A stretch of DNA of 64,000 bases from Patescibacteria group bacterium (GCA_043803385.1 JAZDKA010000010.1:989-64988); one strand, 5' to 3'. Numbered from the stretch's first letter, positions 10,655 through 20,043 are shown. Notes: a model not told the origin generated them from the letters alone. Translations and numbers: made by a program.

Positions 10655-10663
10655 TTATCCACA
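10655..10663 (+). promoter_or_regulatory. Single DnaA box
   Basis: TTATCCACA just upstream of a TTGACA-N16-TAGAAT promoter. Confidence 0.45.
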
Positions 10664-10844
10664 GCCCCCTCAAATTTGACATTTGACAAATTTATGCCTT
10701 GAAGTAGAATTAAGATAAGGAAGTTTTTTTGACAACTTTGTTAAAGCAAACGTATTAAAAATACTTTATGAAGGGAGGTGAACTTTTTTCGGCAGATTTG
10801 GGGAATTAACCCCAAAAAAGTTTTTCCTGAAACAAGGAGGAAAC

Positions 10845-11174
10845 ATGAAAAAAATTTTTATAGTAGTACTGTTTTTGGCTCTTATGACACTGACGTCTCA
10901 GGCGTACGCAATTGGCACAACGGGTCCTCCGGCAGACTCAATCGGGACCACAGTCGCCACATCAACCTACCCCCATGCAGGCACTAACGTTGCGACCGTG
11001 ACGGCACCCGATTGGGACAGCAGAAGCCAGAAGGTCGCCAAGGCAACTACCGTAAATAACCTGAAGAAAAGCGCGGCTGACACGGGCACTACGAATACCG
11101 AAATTGCCCCCGTCGCCGTGAATCTGGAGAAGATCAACATGAAGAGGACCGGCGGCGATTTAACGCTCGGCTGA
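10845..11174 (+). CDS. Secreted Thr/Ala-rich hypothetical protein
   Basis: AGGAGG SD; signal peptide MKKIFIVVLFLALMTLTSQAYA. Confidence 0.8.
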   Translation: MKKIFIVVLFLALMTLTSQAYAIGTTGPPADSIGTTVATSTYPHAGTNVATVTAPDWDSRSQKVAKATTVNNLKKSAADTGTTNTEIAPVAVNLEKINMKRTGGDLTLG

Positions 11175-11204
11175 AGTGAAGGCGCCCTGGTTCAGAAGTA
11201 AAAA

Positions 11205-11466
11205 GTGGGGAGATTCGTCTCCCCCGCAATACTAATTTCATTACGAACCGCCCTTCTACATCACATTTTTTGCCTGGATACCTCTGAAGGGCGGTGCAGT
11301 ACTATCTTCGGGTCTCTCTGCTATCCACCTATTACACGTAGCTTTACCACTTTATCATTAGTACCACTAGTGGAGAGGCTCACCAGCAATTCTTATACCC
11401 CGTTATTACAGGAGTTTCTCAAAACTAAGCGGAACTACGCTTTATTGAGAACCTCCTGTTTTTTTT
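11205..11466 (+). ncRNA. Structured 3' region or candidate ncRNA ending in an intrinsic terminator
   Basis: GGGGAGA-TTCG-TCTCCCC, 10-bp stem ACCGCCCTTC/GAAGGGCGGT, long ACAGGAG...CTCCTGT stem plus T run. Confidence 0.4.
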
Positions 11467-11490
11467 ATTTCTCTTACAATTTTTTCAAGA

Positions 11491-11513
11491 CTATCGAGGT
11501 CGAACCTCGATAG
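11491..11513. repeat. 23-bp palindromic element, identical copy inside cysS
   Basis: CTATCGAGGT-CGA-ACCTCGATAG. Confidence 0.9.
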
Positions 11514-11565
11514 AAGTTTTTCAATAAAAAACGAGGGATGCCTAAGGTATCCCTCTATTTGTGAC

Positions 11566-12213
11566 TCATTGATTTCTTTTCTGAAGCAACTTCTCCCATT
11601 GTCGCTTCAGTTCTTCGCAATTTTCCTTTGAAGGAGACTTGCCTTTCGATTTCCTGATTATTTTCCAAGCCTCATCAATAAGGGGCGGTTCCTTCAAGCC
11701 GTAGTACTTGATAATCCCCCTAAGGCTTATTTCTGAATATAGGCCAATTGGGAAAGGTCTCCCGTCGCCAATCTCGAGCAACATTACTTCCATGAAAGGC
11801 TGAGCTCTTAGTGTTATCTTTCCAGTAGCCCATTGAAGCACGGGTATGGTAAAGAATATTCCGGTCACACCTTCGATTGAAACTTTCCAGCCCATAGTTT
11901 CCCTCTTCTTCTCTTCTGTTCCAGAAAAGGAAAGGAGCTCCGATTGTATCTTCCATGAGCGTCTCATGTCCCTGACAGCTTTCTCAACGATAGCTATCAA
12001 GTTGGCTCCCAGTTTAGGTGATTGGTTTCTTATCTCTTTTCTTATACTCTCAATATCTTCATCACCCAGGGAAGCGACTCTTTCCGCTAGGTCTTTAGTG
12101 AAGATGTTTTCGCTGAAAACACCGTTGGCTCTTAGCTCAGAAAAAATGCTTACTAATCCTTTCGCCAAACTGCCAATTTCCTTCTCCGTCAATTCTTTTT
12201 GCGTTTCTTCCAT
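11566..12213 (-). CDS. Hypothetical protein
   Basis: 215-aa ORF, GGGAGGT SD, upstream TTGACA, downstream GAGGGAT/ATCCCTC hairpin. Confidence 0.8.
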   Translation of the reverse strand: MEETQKELTEKEIGSLAKGLVSIFSELRANGVFSENIFTKDLAERVASLGDEDIESIRKEIRNQSPKLGANLIAIVEKAVRDMRRSWKIQSELLSFSGTEEKKRETMGWKVSIEGVTGIFFTIPVLQWATGKITLRAQPFMEVMLLEIGDGRPFPIGLYSEISLRGIIKYYGLKEPPLIDEAWKIIRKSKGKSPSKENCEELKRQWEKLLQKRNQ

Positions 12214-12427
12214 AATAACCTCCCTTTTTTATTTGACTCAAGAATAAAGAAACTTGTCCTAAATTTCCTTATTGTTAAGTCCAATTAAATCAAAGAACTT
12301 GATAATATAAACTAACGCTAAAAGATGGTTTTTGTCAATTAAAAAAAGCCACAAAATTAAAAGGCGGAGGAGTCGGTGTGATACCACGTATCACTTTCCA
12401 GCTCCTTCGCCATGCCCATATACTCAT

Positions 12428-12637
12428 TCATATGCCCCGTTCTCTGTAAAGATCTGCGAGGCCATCCAATAAAGTTGCATTGAGTCTTCTTCCTCTACTG
12501 GCAGCGCGTTTCCAAACTCTGCCAGAAGAAACCCTGAAAGCTCTTCTTAGTCTCCTCACTGCATTGGAGACCACAACATACTTGGTAGTACCCACTTGAA
12601 TAACTTCGTTATCGAATTTATTGCAATTCGTATTCAT
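12428..12637 (-). CDS. Small Arg-rich hypothetical protein
   Basis: GAGGAGG SD before ATG at 12637; downstream hairpin. Confidence 0.6.
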   Translation of the reverse strand: MNTNCNKFDNEVIQVGTTKYVVVSNAVRRLRRAFRVSSGRVWKRAASRGRRLNATLLDGLADLYRERGI

Positions 12638-12996
12638 AAAACCCTCCTCTTCTTGGATTTTACTAAAGCATAACTCAAAAAAGAAAAAAATCAAGTTTTT
12701 AAATTATCGAAGTCGGACTTCGATTTTAGATTTAGATCATTTTCATTTTACCTATACTATAAAATTTAGCGTAGGCTAGAAATTATAGTATGATTTTTTA
12801 GTCTTTTGTAGTTTATATTTTATTCAGTATAAGTATACTAGTATACTGAATAATTCATTTGATTATGTAATTAATTACTTACTTCAGTACGTACCAAGGT
12901 TAAACTGCTTAAATTATAATCTTTCCAATAAAAAAAGCGAGGGTGGTGAAAATCGTTATTTCCCCTCGCTTTACAAACTCTCCCGCATCTCCTTAT

Positions 12997-13446
12997 TTAG
13001 TGGCAGCATGAGTATTGGTAATCAAACCTGATTCCGTCGAGCCTGTCTTCCTTCAGCCATTCATAGTGTCCGTAGGCACAGAGTAAAAACAAAGAGTTCA
13101 TTGCAATGCAAATTGCAGCCGGCCGGACACTCTCTTCGGAAACCTGGAGAATGTCGCAGAGGATAAAGAATGCCAGTCCGCCCAGAAACCATGCGGAGAT
13201 ATTCATGACAATGAGAGTTGTCTTGATAATATCCTCGATTCTCATAATCTCACCGAGTTTATTTATCGGCAAGCGATTAACGCTAGCCGATGCAAGATGC
13301 CCGTAACATATAGCGAAGATCACACAACCCAGGATGGGAGAAATTGGATCCTTCAGATCTGAAGCCAGAAGAGAAAGGTTAAAAAAGTACAACGAGACTG
13401 CCAGTGAAACCAGTCCCAAAACAAGAAACACTCTTGCTTTATTCAT
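12997..13446 (-). CDS. Hypothetical membrane protein (about 4 TM)
   Basis: AAGGAGG SD before ATG at 13446; four hydrophobic segments; AGCGAGGG/CCCTCGCT hairpin downstream. Confidence 0.75.
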   Translation of the reverse strand: MNKARVFLVLGLVSLAVSLYFFNLSLLASDLKDPISPILGCVIFAICYGHLASASVNRLPINKLGEIMRIEDIIKTTLIVMNISAWFLGGLAFFILCDILQVSEESVRPAAICIAMNSLFLLCAYGHYEWLKEDRLDGIRFDYQYSCCH

Positions 13447-13560
13447 AACGCCTCCTTTTACCAATTTTGATTTATTTCTGATGAATAAAGAATAGCACCC
13501 TGCGGTACCAAAAGTCAATATTGTGTATTCAATTACTTACCTAATTCCCTTATTCTCCTA

Positions 13561-13610
13561 TTCGCGCGCCCCGTAGCGTCCCGCCATGACGGGACTGCTT
13601 CTGGGGCGAA
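13561..13610. repeat. GC-rich REP-like hairpin
   Basis: GCCCC-GTAGC-GTCCCG-CCATGA-CGGGAC-TGCTTCT-GGGGC nested stem in AT-rich DNA. Confidence 0.6.
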
Positions 13611-13673
13611 TTAGAGATAGCATCTAGTATCAACAGCAAATTCTTCCAGTTTTTGGGTTGGTTGTTGGGACAA

Positions 13674-14453
13674 TTATAATTTGATTATTGTTAGTAATGA
13701 ATATAATCCAATAATAGCGGTTATAATGAGAAATAAAATATCTCCAAGTATATATCTTAACTCATCATTAAATAATCCTCGTTTACTTAGTTTTTCTATT
13801 TTCAGTAAGCATTTTATTTCATGATAACATTTATTTAAATTTGGAAATTTGCTATTAGAAAAATATTCTGGTGTGCCTATTCCGTCTATATGTATCATTT
13901 TTTTTAGAATATAAATATATCTTATGTATTTAATAATATCAAGAGATTCATTTAACCTTTCATAATCATTATTTTTAATAGTTGTATTTTTTTGTTCAGA
14001 TTCTATTTCTGTTTTTTTATTTTCTATGACATTTTCACATTCAATATAATTTCTGTTTTTTAAATTTTTTTCATAAAAATCAAATGATTTCAAAAGAATT
14101 TTTGTGTCAGAATATTTAAAAGAATTAAAATTATCAATTAAGTGATTGAATCTTTCAACAAGTTGAATGAAGTAAGTTAATTGAGAGGATAATTTAGCGC
14201 TGATAAGGCTACTATTTACGATATCTGGAACTATTGAAGTGTCAACTTTATAAACGATTTCTCCAGGATAAAACCATGCCTCTTTATTTAAATCTTTTGG
14301 ATATGAAGAAGAGAACCATTCACCTGCTGTATTTAAAAGAGCTTCAAGGGCGTTTATTATTTTTTTATATTCAGCTATCATGCTTAATCTATATATCAAC
14401 CAACCAGAAATTATCGCAATTGATGCTAAAAATATTTCTATCTTTAATTCCAT
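13674..14453 (-). CDS. Very AT-rich hypothetical protein with N- and C-terminal TM helices
   Basis: 259-aa ORF with hydrophobic ends; visibly lower GC than the neighbouring dnaK. Confidence 0.75.
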   Translation of the reverse strand: MELKIEIFLASIAIISGWLIYRLSMIAEYKKIINALEALLNTAGEWFSSSYPKDLNKEAWFYPGEIVYKVDTSIVPDIVNSSLISAKLSSQLTYFIQLVERFNHLIDNFNSFKYSDTKILLKSFDFYEKNLKNRNYIECENVIENKKTEIESEQKNTTIKNNDYERLNESLDIIKYIRYIYILKKMIHIDGIGTPEYFSNSKFPNLNKCYHEIKCLLKIEKLSKRGLFNDELRYILGDILFLIITAIIGLYSLLTIIKL

Positions 14454-14475
14454 AACTTTTGTTTATATTATTTAA

Positions 14476-14498
14476 AGGCGGGGGATTTAACCCCGCCT
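14476..14498 (-). terminator. Terminator hairpin after dnaK
   Basis: AGGCGGGG/CCCCGCCT stem. Confidence 0.7.
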
Positions 14499-14509
14499 AA
14501 AATTAGTCG

Positions 14510-16429
14510 TTACTTTTTTTCTTCTTTCTTTTCGGTTTTCTTTTCTGTTTCAGCTTCTTTTGGTTCTCCATCCTTCGCTGAAGCTTCGGACTGGCTAGCG
14601 CCTTCCGTAGCTTTAGCGGAGGCGGCTTGGGCAGCGGCATACAGCTTCTGGCCGATCTTTTGGGCTTCTTGGGAAAGCGCTTCAGTGGCTTTCTTAATAG
14701 CTTCCAGGTCATCGCCATTTTTTACCTTATTCAGTTCTTCGATCTTTTCCTGAACCGGTTTCTTTTCATCTTCCGTAATTTTATCTCCGGCTTCGCGCAT
14801 GGCTTTTTCGATGGTATATGCCAAAGTGTCGGCCATATTGCGCGCTTCAACTAATTCTTTCTTTTTTTTGTCTTCTTCCGCATGAATTTCCGCATCTTTT
14901 TTCATTCTCTCAATCTCATCCTTGGAAAGGCCGCTGGAAGCTTCGATTCTGATTGATTGAGTCCGTCCGGTGGCTTTGTCTTTGGCAGTGACGCTCAAAA
15001 TTCCATTGGCGTCAATATCAAAAGTAACTTCAACTTGCGGAATGCCTCTCGGAGAAGGCGGGATTCCATCCAGAATAAACCTTCCCAGCGATTTATTTCC
15101 TTCTGCCATTTCCCTTTCTCCCTGAAGCACATTAATTTCCACGCTGGGCTGGTTGTCAGCCGCGGTGGAAAATACCTGCGACTTGGAAGTCGGAACAGTG
15201 GTATTTCTGGAAATTAATGGCGTGGAAACTCCCCCTAAAGTTTCAATTCCAAAAGTCAACGGAGTAACATCGAGCAATAGCACGTCTTTAACCGAGCCTT
15301 CCAAAACTCCTCCCTGAATTGCGGCGCCTACCGCCACTACTTCATCCGGATTTACCGAAAGGTTTGGTTTCTTTCCAAAAAATTTCTCAACAGTTTTCAA
15401 TACTAGTGGCATTCTGGTCATTCCTCCGACCATAATTACTTCGTGAATATCTTTAGCTTCCAGCTTAGCATCTGCCAGCGCTTTCTTCATCGGTTCCAAA
15501 GTTTTTTCAACTAAATCGTGAACCAGTTCTTCCAGTTTGGCTCGGGAAAGCTTCATTACCAAATGCTTCGGACCGCTGGAATCGCTGGTGATGAACGGTT
15601 GGTTGATTTCGCTTTCCATAGCGGTTGAGAGCTCTATTTTTGCTTTCTCCGCCGATTCTTTGACTCTTTGAAGCGCCAAAGGGTCTTTGGACAAGTCAAT
15701 TCCTTCCTGCTTCTTATATTCGTCCAAGATCCAAGCGATTATTCTCTGGTCAAAATCGTCTCCTCCGAGATGGGTATCTCCATTGGTGGATTTTACTTCT
15801 ACAGTATCATCGCCGACTTCCAGAATGGAAATATCATAAGTTCCCCCTCCCAAATCATAAACAGCGATTTTCTCTTCTTTCTTTTTGTCAAAACCATAAG
15901 CCAGAGCGGCGGCTGTCGGTTCATTGATAATTCTTTTCACGTTGAATCCGGCAATTTCTCCCGCTTCTTTAGTGGCTTTTCTTTGAGAGTCGTCAAAATA
16001 GGCCGGAACAGTGATGACTGCGTCAGTAATTTTTTCACCAAGTTTTGCTTCCGCGTCTTGCTTTAATTTTTGGAGGATCATGGCGGAAATTTCCTGCGGA
16101 GTATATTCTTTTCCGCCCATTTCCACTTTAGTTCCGCCATTGGATTTGACAATTTTGTAAGACAGAAGTTTTAAATCTCTTTGCACTTCCGCGTCCTCAA
16201 AATGCCTGCCGATTAATCTCTTAATAGAAAACAATGTGTTTCCCGGATTGGTGACAGCTTGACGCTTAGCCAAAAGGCCGACTAGCCTTTCGTTGGTTTT
16301 GGAAATCGCCACCATTGACGGAGTGGTTCGGTTCCCTTCTTTGTTTTCGATTATTTCCGGCTTGCCTCCGGAAACTACCGCCATCGCGGAGTTGGTAGTC
16401 CCCAAATCTATTCCAAGTATCTTGGACAT
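14510..16429 (-). CDS. dnaK: Chaperone DnaK
   Basis: [28 protein letters not shown]. Confidence 0.99.
   Translation of the reverse strand: MSKILGIDLGTTNSAMAVVSGGKPEIIENKEGNRTTPSMVAISKTNERLVGLLAKRQAVTNPGNTLFSIKRLIGRHFEDAEVQRDLKLLSYKIVKSNGGTKVEMGGKEYTPQEISAMILQKLKQDAEAKLGEKITDAVITVPAYFDDSQRKATKEAGEIAGFNVKRIINEPTAAALAYGFDKKKEEKIAVYDLGGGTYDISILEVGDDTVEVKSTNGDTHLGGDDFDQRIIAWILDEYKKQEGIDLSKDPLALQRVKESAEKAKIELSTAMESEINQPFITSDSSGPKHLVMKLSRAKLEELVHDLVEKTLEPMKKALADAKLEAKDIHEVIMVGGMTRMPLVLKTVEKFFGKKPNLSVNPDEVVAVGAAIQGGVLEGSVKDVLLLDVTPLTFGIETLGGVSTPLISRNTTVPTSKSQVFSTAADNQPSVEINVLQGEREMAEGNKSLGRFILDGIPPSPRGIPQVEVTFDIDANGILSVTAKDKATGRTQSIRIEASSGLSKDEIERMKKDAEIHAEEDKKKKELVEARNMADTLAYTIEKAMREAGDKITEDEKKPVQEKIEELNKVKNGDDLEAIKKATEALSQEAQKIGQKLYAAAQAASAKATEGASQSEASAKDGEPKEAETEKKTEKKEEKK
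14572..14622. repeat. Inverted pair of REP-like units in frame in the dnaK tail
   Basis: CCTTCGCTGAAGCTTCGGA and TCCGTAGCTTTAGCGGAGG, 16/19 complementary. Confidence 0.75.
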
Positions 16430-16649
16430 ATTATTTGTTTTCTAATAAATAGCTTTGGATAGCTAATAATTAGAATAATTTAAAATTTAAATCTCAAAAT
16501 GCAAAATGACAATGTAAATGTTAAAATAATTTTTAATTTTTAACTGACATTTTGAACTTTGATTTTTTAACTTTAAACTTTTTTGGTTTGACAAATTACT
16601 AAGCTATGTTATATTGAGAGCAAAATCTATTTTGAGGAGGTAGTTCTTT

Positions 16650-16805
16650 ATGGCAAAGGGAAAAATGTTTTTAACGGACGAAAGAACCGCGGGTGTAAAC
16701 GAAAAAAATAACGTGACCGATATCCGCAGAAAAAAAGAACCCGTGAAGAAAAACTTTCGAACAAGAGGGCGACCGCATATCGCACGAGCAGGTTGCTTAA
16801 GATAA
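16650..16805 (+). CDS. 51-aa basic microprotein (not in ORF track)
   Basis: TTGACA-N16-TATATT promoter, GAGGAGGT SD, MAKGKMFLTDERTAG...HIARAGCLR, then an AGACCCCA/TGGGGTCT-T6 terminator. Confidence 0.65.
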   Translation: MAKGKMFLTDERTAGVNEKNNVTDIRRKKEPVKKNFRTRGRPHIARAGCLR

Positions 16806-16954
16806 ACACAGACCCCATACCACCCGCATTCGCAGGTGTTCTTTATCCCCATTGAGTGTCATGCTCTTTGGGGTCTTTTTTTATCATTTATTCACTTGCC
16901 AAAAAACATTTTAATGCTTATGATAATCTTACCAAATTACTAAGGAGGTGCCCG

Positions 16955-17209
16955 ATGGACATCACGGCAGTAGATTTAAATATGTTCATCCATGATTTGC
17001 AACACAAAGATGAAAGTCATCTCACCAAAGACCAAAGAGGAAAGGTAAAATCGGCGTTATCAGAAACAGAAAAGCTTCTTAGGAGATTATCTGGTCATGA
17101 CTTTATAGCTATTCCCATAGGGAAATACAATTTTATCCAAAGGATAGCTAGCGAGAAACCAATCGTCCAAAAACCCAAACCACGATTCAATCAAATCCAT
17201 CCTTTATAG
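16955..17209 (+). CDS. Hypothetical protein
   Basis: AAGGAGGTG SD before ATG at 16955. Confidence 0.7.
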   Translation: MDITAVDLNMFIHDLQHKDESHLTKDQRGKVKSALSETEKLLRRLSGHDFIAIPIGKYNFIQRIASEKPIVQKPKPRFNQIHPL

Positions 17210-17302
17210 CTATTACGCTCGGGATTGCAGCCGCTTTCCCGAGAATTTTTTTGCCATTTTGCCATTTTTGTCTGTGAGGCACGAACAGAAACAAAAATGA
17301 GC

Positions 17303-17418
17303 ATCCCTCATCAATTCTATTCTGTGATATTTAAATTTAAAAATACTTGAGCCGCAGGCGATTCCGTGAATTAGAGCTATGAATTATCCGTAGTCTCTAA
17401 TCGGAATTGGTGCGGGAT
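17303..17418. mobile_element. MITE-like element, copy 1
   Basis: Imperfect terminal inverted repeats ATCCCTCATCAATT/AATTGGTGCGGGAT; internal similarity to 19475-19588 in opposite orientation. Confidence 0.7.
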
Positions 17419-17429
17419 AATTTCAATAT

Positions 17430-17987
17430 TTATCCTACAACCACTTTCACCGCCCGAATGACTTTATCTCCAATTTTATATCCTCTGCTGATAACTTTTT
17501 TAATCTTATTTCCTGATTTCTGTTCACTGTCCTCTGATTCTTGATGGACTGCTTCATGCAAATTTGGATTAAACTCATCTCCTTCTTTCGCTTCAATTTC
17601 TTCAATTCTATTGTCTTTCAGAATAGTTTCTAATTGGCGCTGGATATGCAATATCCCCTGGACCCACGCTCCATCTTTTTGGTTTTCAGGAACATGATCC
17701 AACGACATCTGAAAATTATCCACGACCGGCAGAATCTGCAACGCTAAATCTTCCAAAATCAGCTCTTTAAATTCCTTTTTTGATTCATCCTGCTTTTTTC
17801 GGTAATTCTCAAAATCCGCTTGGCAACGTTTCCATCCTTCGAGATTTTTCTGTTCTTCTGATACTTCCTCAGTTTCTTTGGTATCTTCTTTTTTCAATTC
17901 TTCCTTACTTCCGTTCTCTTTTTTATCTTCTTCAGTTTTTTTTGCTTCGCCCGTCGTAGCTTTAGCGAAGGAGGGTTTTTTAAACAT
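17430..17987 (-). CDS. grpE: Nucleotide exchange factor GrpE
   Basis: ADFENYRK, LPVVDNF, FNPNLHEAV, GYKIGDKVIR. Confidence 0.96.
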   Translation of the reverse strand: MFKKPSFAKATTGEAKKTEEDKKENGSKEELKKEDTKETEEVSEEQKNLEGWKRCQADFENYRKKQDESKKEFKELILEDLALQILPVVDNFQMSLDHVPENQKDGAWVQGILHIQRQLETILKDNRIEEIEAKEGDEFNPNLHEAVHQESEDSEQKSGNKIKKVISRGYKIGDKVIRAVKVVVG

Positions 17988-17989
17988 AA

Positions 17990-18745
17990 TTATCTTATTA
18001 CTAAATATAAATTACCAGCTACTATTAATACCGCTGACGAGCTTAAAAGCTTCTTCATATATTCAATCAGGGATTTATTTTTGGCGTATTTCATCCGCTT
18101 AGGGCCGATTAGCGCCAGAATTCCTTTTTCTCCTCCCTTAAGCTTGTAGGAGGAAACTACCATTGAGCAATTGGATATTCCGTCAATCGGATTTTCTTTG
18201 CCGATGTATATTTTCGTTTCATTTTCTTTGAGGTCTTTGGCGATATTTTCAAATTTTTCATCTACCACGTCCAAAACTTCCACTAATTTACAAATTTCGC
18301 CTATATCTTTAAATTCCGGCTGATTAATGAGGCTTTTTATTCCCGATTCAAAAAATTCTTCCTTTTTAGTTGCCCCCGTAAGAGCCAGCGCTCCGCTAAA
18401 TCCGGAAAGCAGTTTTACAACCGTCCTTTCCAATCTGGTATTTTTGGCTTTGAGTTTCAGAAGTTCCGCTTGAAGCTTTTTCTGTTCATTCAGGGAAAGC
18501 TCCCTATCTTTCATTATTTCTTCCACGAAATATCGGTAGCCTTCGTCAGTCGGAATTCTTCCGGCGCTGATATGGGGCTGGTATAAAAATCCGTCTTTTT
18601 CAAGATTTACCATATCGTTTCGAATCGTTGCCGTGCTAGCTTTAATCTTGTGTTTTTTTACTAAAATCTCGCTCGAAACAGGAATAGCCGTGTTGGTATA
18701 TTCCTCAATGACCGATGTTAGGATTTTCTGTTGCCTTGCGTTCAT
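17990..18745 (-). CDS. hrcA: Heat-inducible repressor HrcA (short form)
   Basis: ATIRNDM, QPHISAGRIPTDEGYRYFV, IGPKRMKY; start set at MNARQ. Confidence 0.95.
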   Translation of the reverse strand: MNARQQKILTSVIEEYTNTAIPVSSEILVKKHKIKASTATIRNDMVNLEKDGFLYQPHISAGRIPTDEGYRYFVEEIMKDRELSLNEQKKLQAELLKLKAKNTRLERTVVKLLSGFSGALALTGATKKEEFFESGIKSLINQPEFKDIGEICKLVEVLDVVDEKFENIAKDLKENETKIYIGKENPIDGISNCSMVVSSYKLKGGEKGILALIGPKRMKYAKNKSLIEYMKKLLSSSAVLIVAGNLYLVIR

Positions 18746-18824
18746 AAAGTCAGTGATCAGAGAACAGTGGCCAATGGCCAATATTTTTCTTGTTCACTGC
18801 TCACTGTTTATTATACACTGCTCA

Positions 18825-18851
18825 TTAGCAGTCGTCAAGTCCGAGTGCTAA
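18825..18851. promoter_or_regulatory. CIRCE element upstream of hrcA
   Basis: TTAGCAGTC-N9-GAGTGCTAA. Confidence 0.93.
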
Positions 18852-18855
18852 TTAT

Positions 18856-18884
18856 ATAATAATACTACAGGGATACGCTGTCAA
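18856..18884 (-). promoter_or_regulatory. Sigma70 promoter of hrcA-grpE
   Basis: TTGACA-N17-TATTAT on the minus strand immediately upstream of the CIRCE. Confidence 0.85.
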
Positions 18885-18990
18885 TATTTCAAATAAAAAA
18901 ACCAGCAATATGTTAATTGAACTGGCTTAAGGGTTTGTCTTGGTGTTAATCACCTCCTTTGTTTAGGCAAACCCTCATTTGCACAAATAG

Positions 18991-19188
18991 CTATTCTACT
19001 TCTTCGAACCATTTGATATCTTTGTGCTTTGGCAAATGCGTTATCCCTCTTTTTCCCCAAATTATGGCTGTATTGGGATAAAAACTAATGTGAATAAGGG
19101 AATGCATTGTCTTATCATACTCCGCACCAGAAGGGATTCTTTCCCCTCCCGAGAGTTGAATAAAATCCGCACCTTCTACTCCTGTCAT
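18991..19188 (-). CDS. Small hypothetical protein
   Basis: AAGGAGG SD directly after the yidD stop. Confidence 0.65.
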   Translation of the reverse strand: MTGVEGADFIQLSGGERIPSGAEYDKTMHSLIHISFYPNTAIIWGKRGITHLPKHKDIKWFEEVE

Positions 19189-19200
19189 AATTTCCCCTCC

Positions 19201-19440
19201 TTATTTTTTAATTAATGGATCGTATCCTCCGTCATTCCATGGATGGCAACGAATTATTCGCTTAAAACCCATCCAGCTTCCTCGAAATATGCCGTATTTA
19301 TCAATAGCCTGATAGGCATATTCGGAGCAGGTTGGATGAAAACGGCAAAGCCGTTCGGAATAAATATAGGATAAAAGCCCATGATCCAGAGACAATGTTT
19401 TCTGGTAAGCTCTTATTAAAAATAAAATAACTTTCCGCAT
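19201..19440 (-). CDS. yidD: Membrane protein insertion efficiency factor YidD
   Basis: [26 protein letters not shown]. Confidence 0.95.
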   Translation of the reverse strand: MRKVILFLIRAYQKTLSLDHGLLSYIYSERLCRFHPTCSEYAYQAIDKYGIFRGSWMGFKRIIRCHPWNDGGYDPLIKK

Positions 19441-19474
19441 AATTTACTTATAGCTTATATTAAAAATTTTGGCA

Positions 19475-19588
19475 ATCCCAGCACCAATTCCGATAAAGTT
19501 TTAGTCTAAACTTATAGATTAATTCTCGGAATCGCCTTCGGCTTATCTAATCGAACATGATAGCCACATTATAAAATTGGTACGGGAT
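19475..19588. mobile_element. MITE-like element, copy 2
   Basis: Terminal inverted repeats ATCCCAGCACCAATT/AATTGGTACGGGAT; shares CCAATTCCGAT and CGGAATCGCCT with copy 1. Confidence 0.7.
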
Positions 19589-19715
19589 GCTCATAATTGT
19601 AGCTTCTCATTTCACTCAAAGACAATTATGGCATTAAAAAAACCAGTAACGATGTACCGGCTTTGGGATCCGTCGGATTGTTTTCCAACGAATCCCCCCT
19701 ATGAAATTCCTCTTA

Positions 19716-19928
19716 TTATGCCACCCCTGCTTGCTTAAACAACCAAGCGGAATAGGTTTTGCAATTTCCTTTTCCGATGCAATTTGGCTTCAATTGCCTG
19801 CTTTCGCAAGTATTGCGGAAATCCTTGCGGATAATATCAACCCCGCACAAACAGGTGCTATCATCCGCCACTGTTCCCTGTTGCATTACTGCACCTTTAA
19901 ATATCTGATTTTCAGTCGCAATTTGCAT
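19716..19928 (-). CDS. Small Cys-rich hypothetical protein
   Basis: AAGGGGG SD; 5 Cys in 70 aa. Confidence 0.6.
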   Translation of the reverse strand: MQIATENQIFKGAVMQQGTVADDSTCLCGVDIIRKDFRNTCESRQLKPNCIGKGNCKTYSAWLFKQAGVA

Positions 19929-19938
19929 GTTTTCCCCC

Positions 19939-20043
19939 TTATTTTTTTTCGCACTTTAAAACATTGCACGCACTTCCCTCTGTGCATTTTCCTTCAGTAG
20001 TACTGCTGACCCACTTACCCAAGAACGGACACCTTATTTTCAT
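19939..20043 (-). CDS. 34-aa Cys-rich microprotein (not in ORF track)
   Basis: GGGGGTGA SD; MKIRCPFLGKWVSSTTEGKCTEGSACNVLKCEKK; TTGACA upstream near 20120. Confidence 0.55.
   Translation of the reverse strand: MKIRCPFLGKWVSSTTEGKCTEGSACNVLKCEKK

Noticed and set aside
10655-10663. Replication origin
   Set aside because: Single perfect DnaA box with no cluster and no dnaA or dnaN nearby
11205-11513. 102-aa ORF
   Set aside because: No SD, start inside a hairpin, runs through a terminator and ends in a palindromic repeat
10058-14453. Prophage between dnaK and dnaJ
   Set aside because: No integrase, structural or replication genes; the ORFs are individually terminated
18746-18781. N-terminal extension MAIGHCSLITDF of HrcA
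   Set aside because: Derived from the heptamer repeat array; HrcA similarity starts at MNARQ
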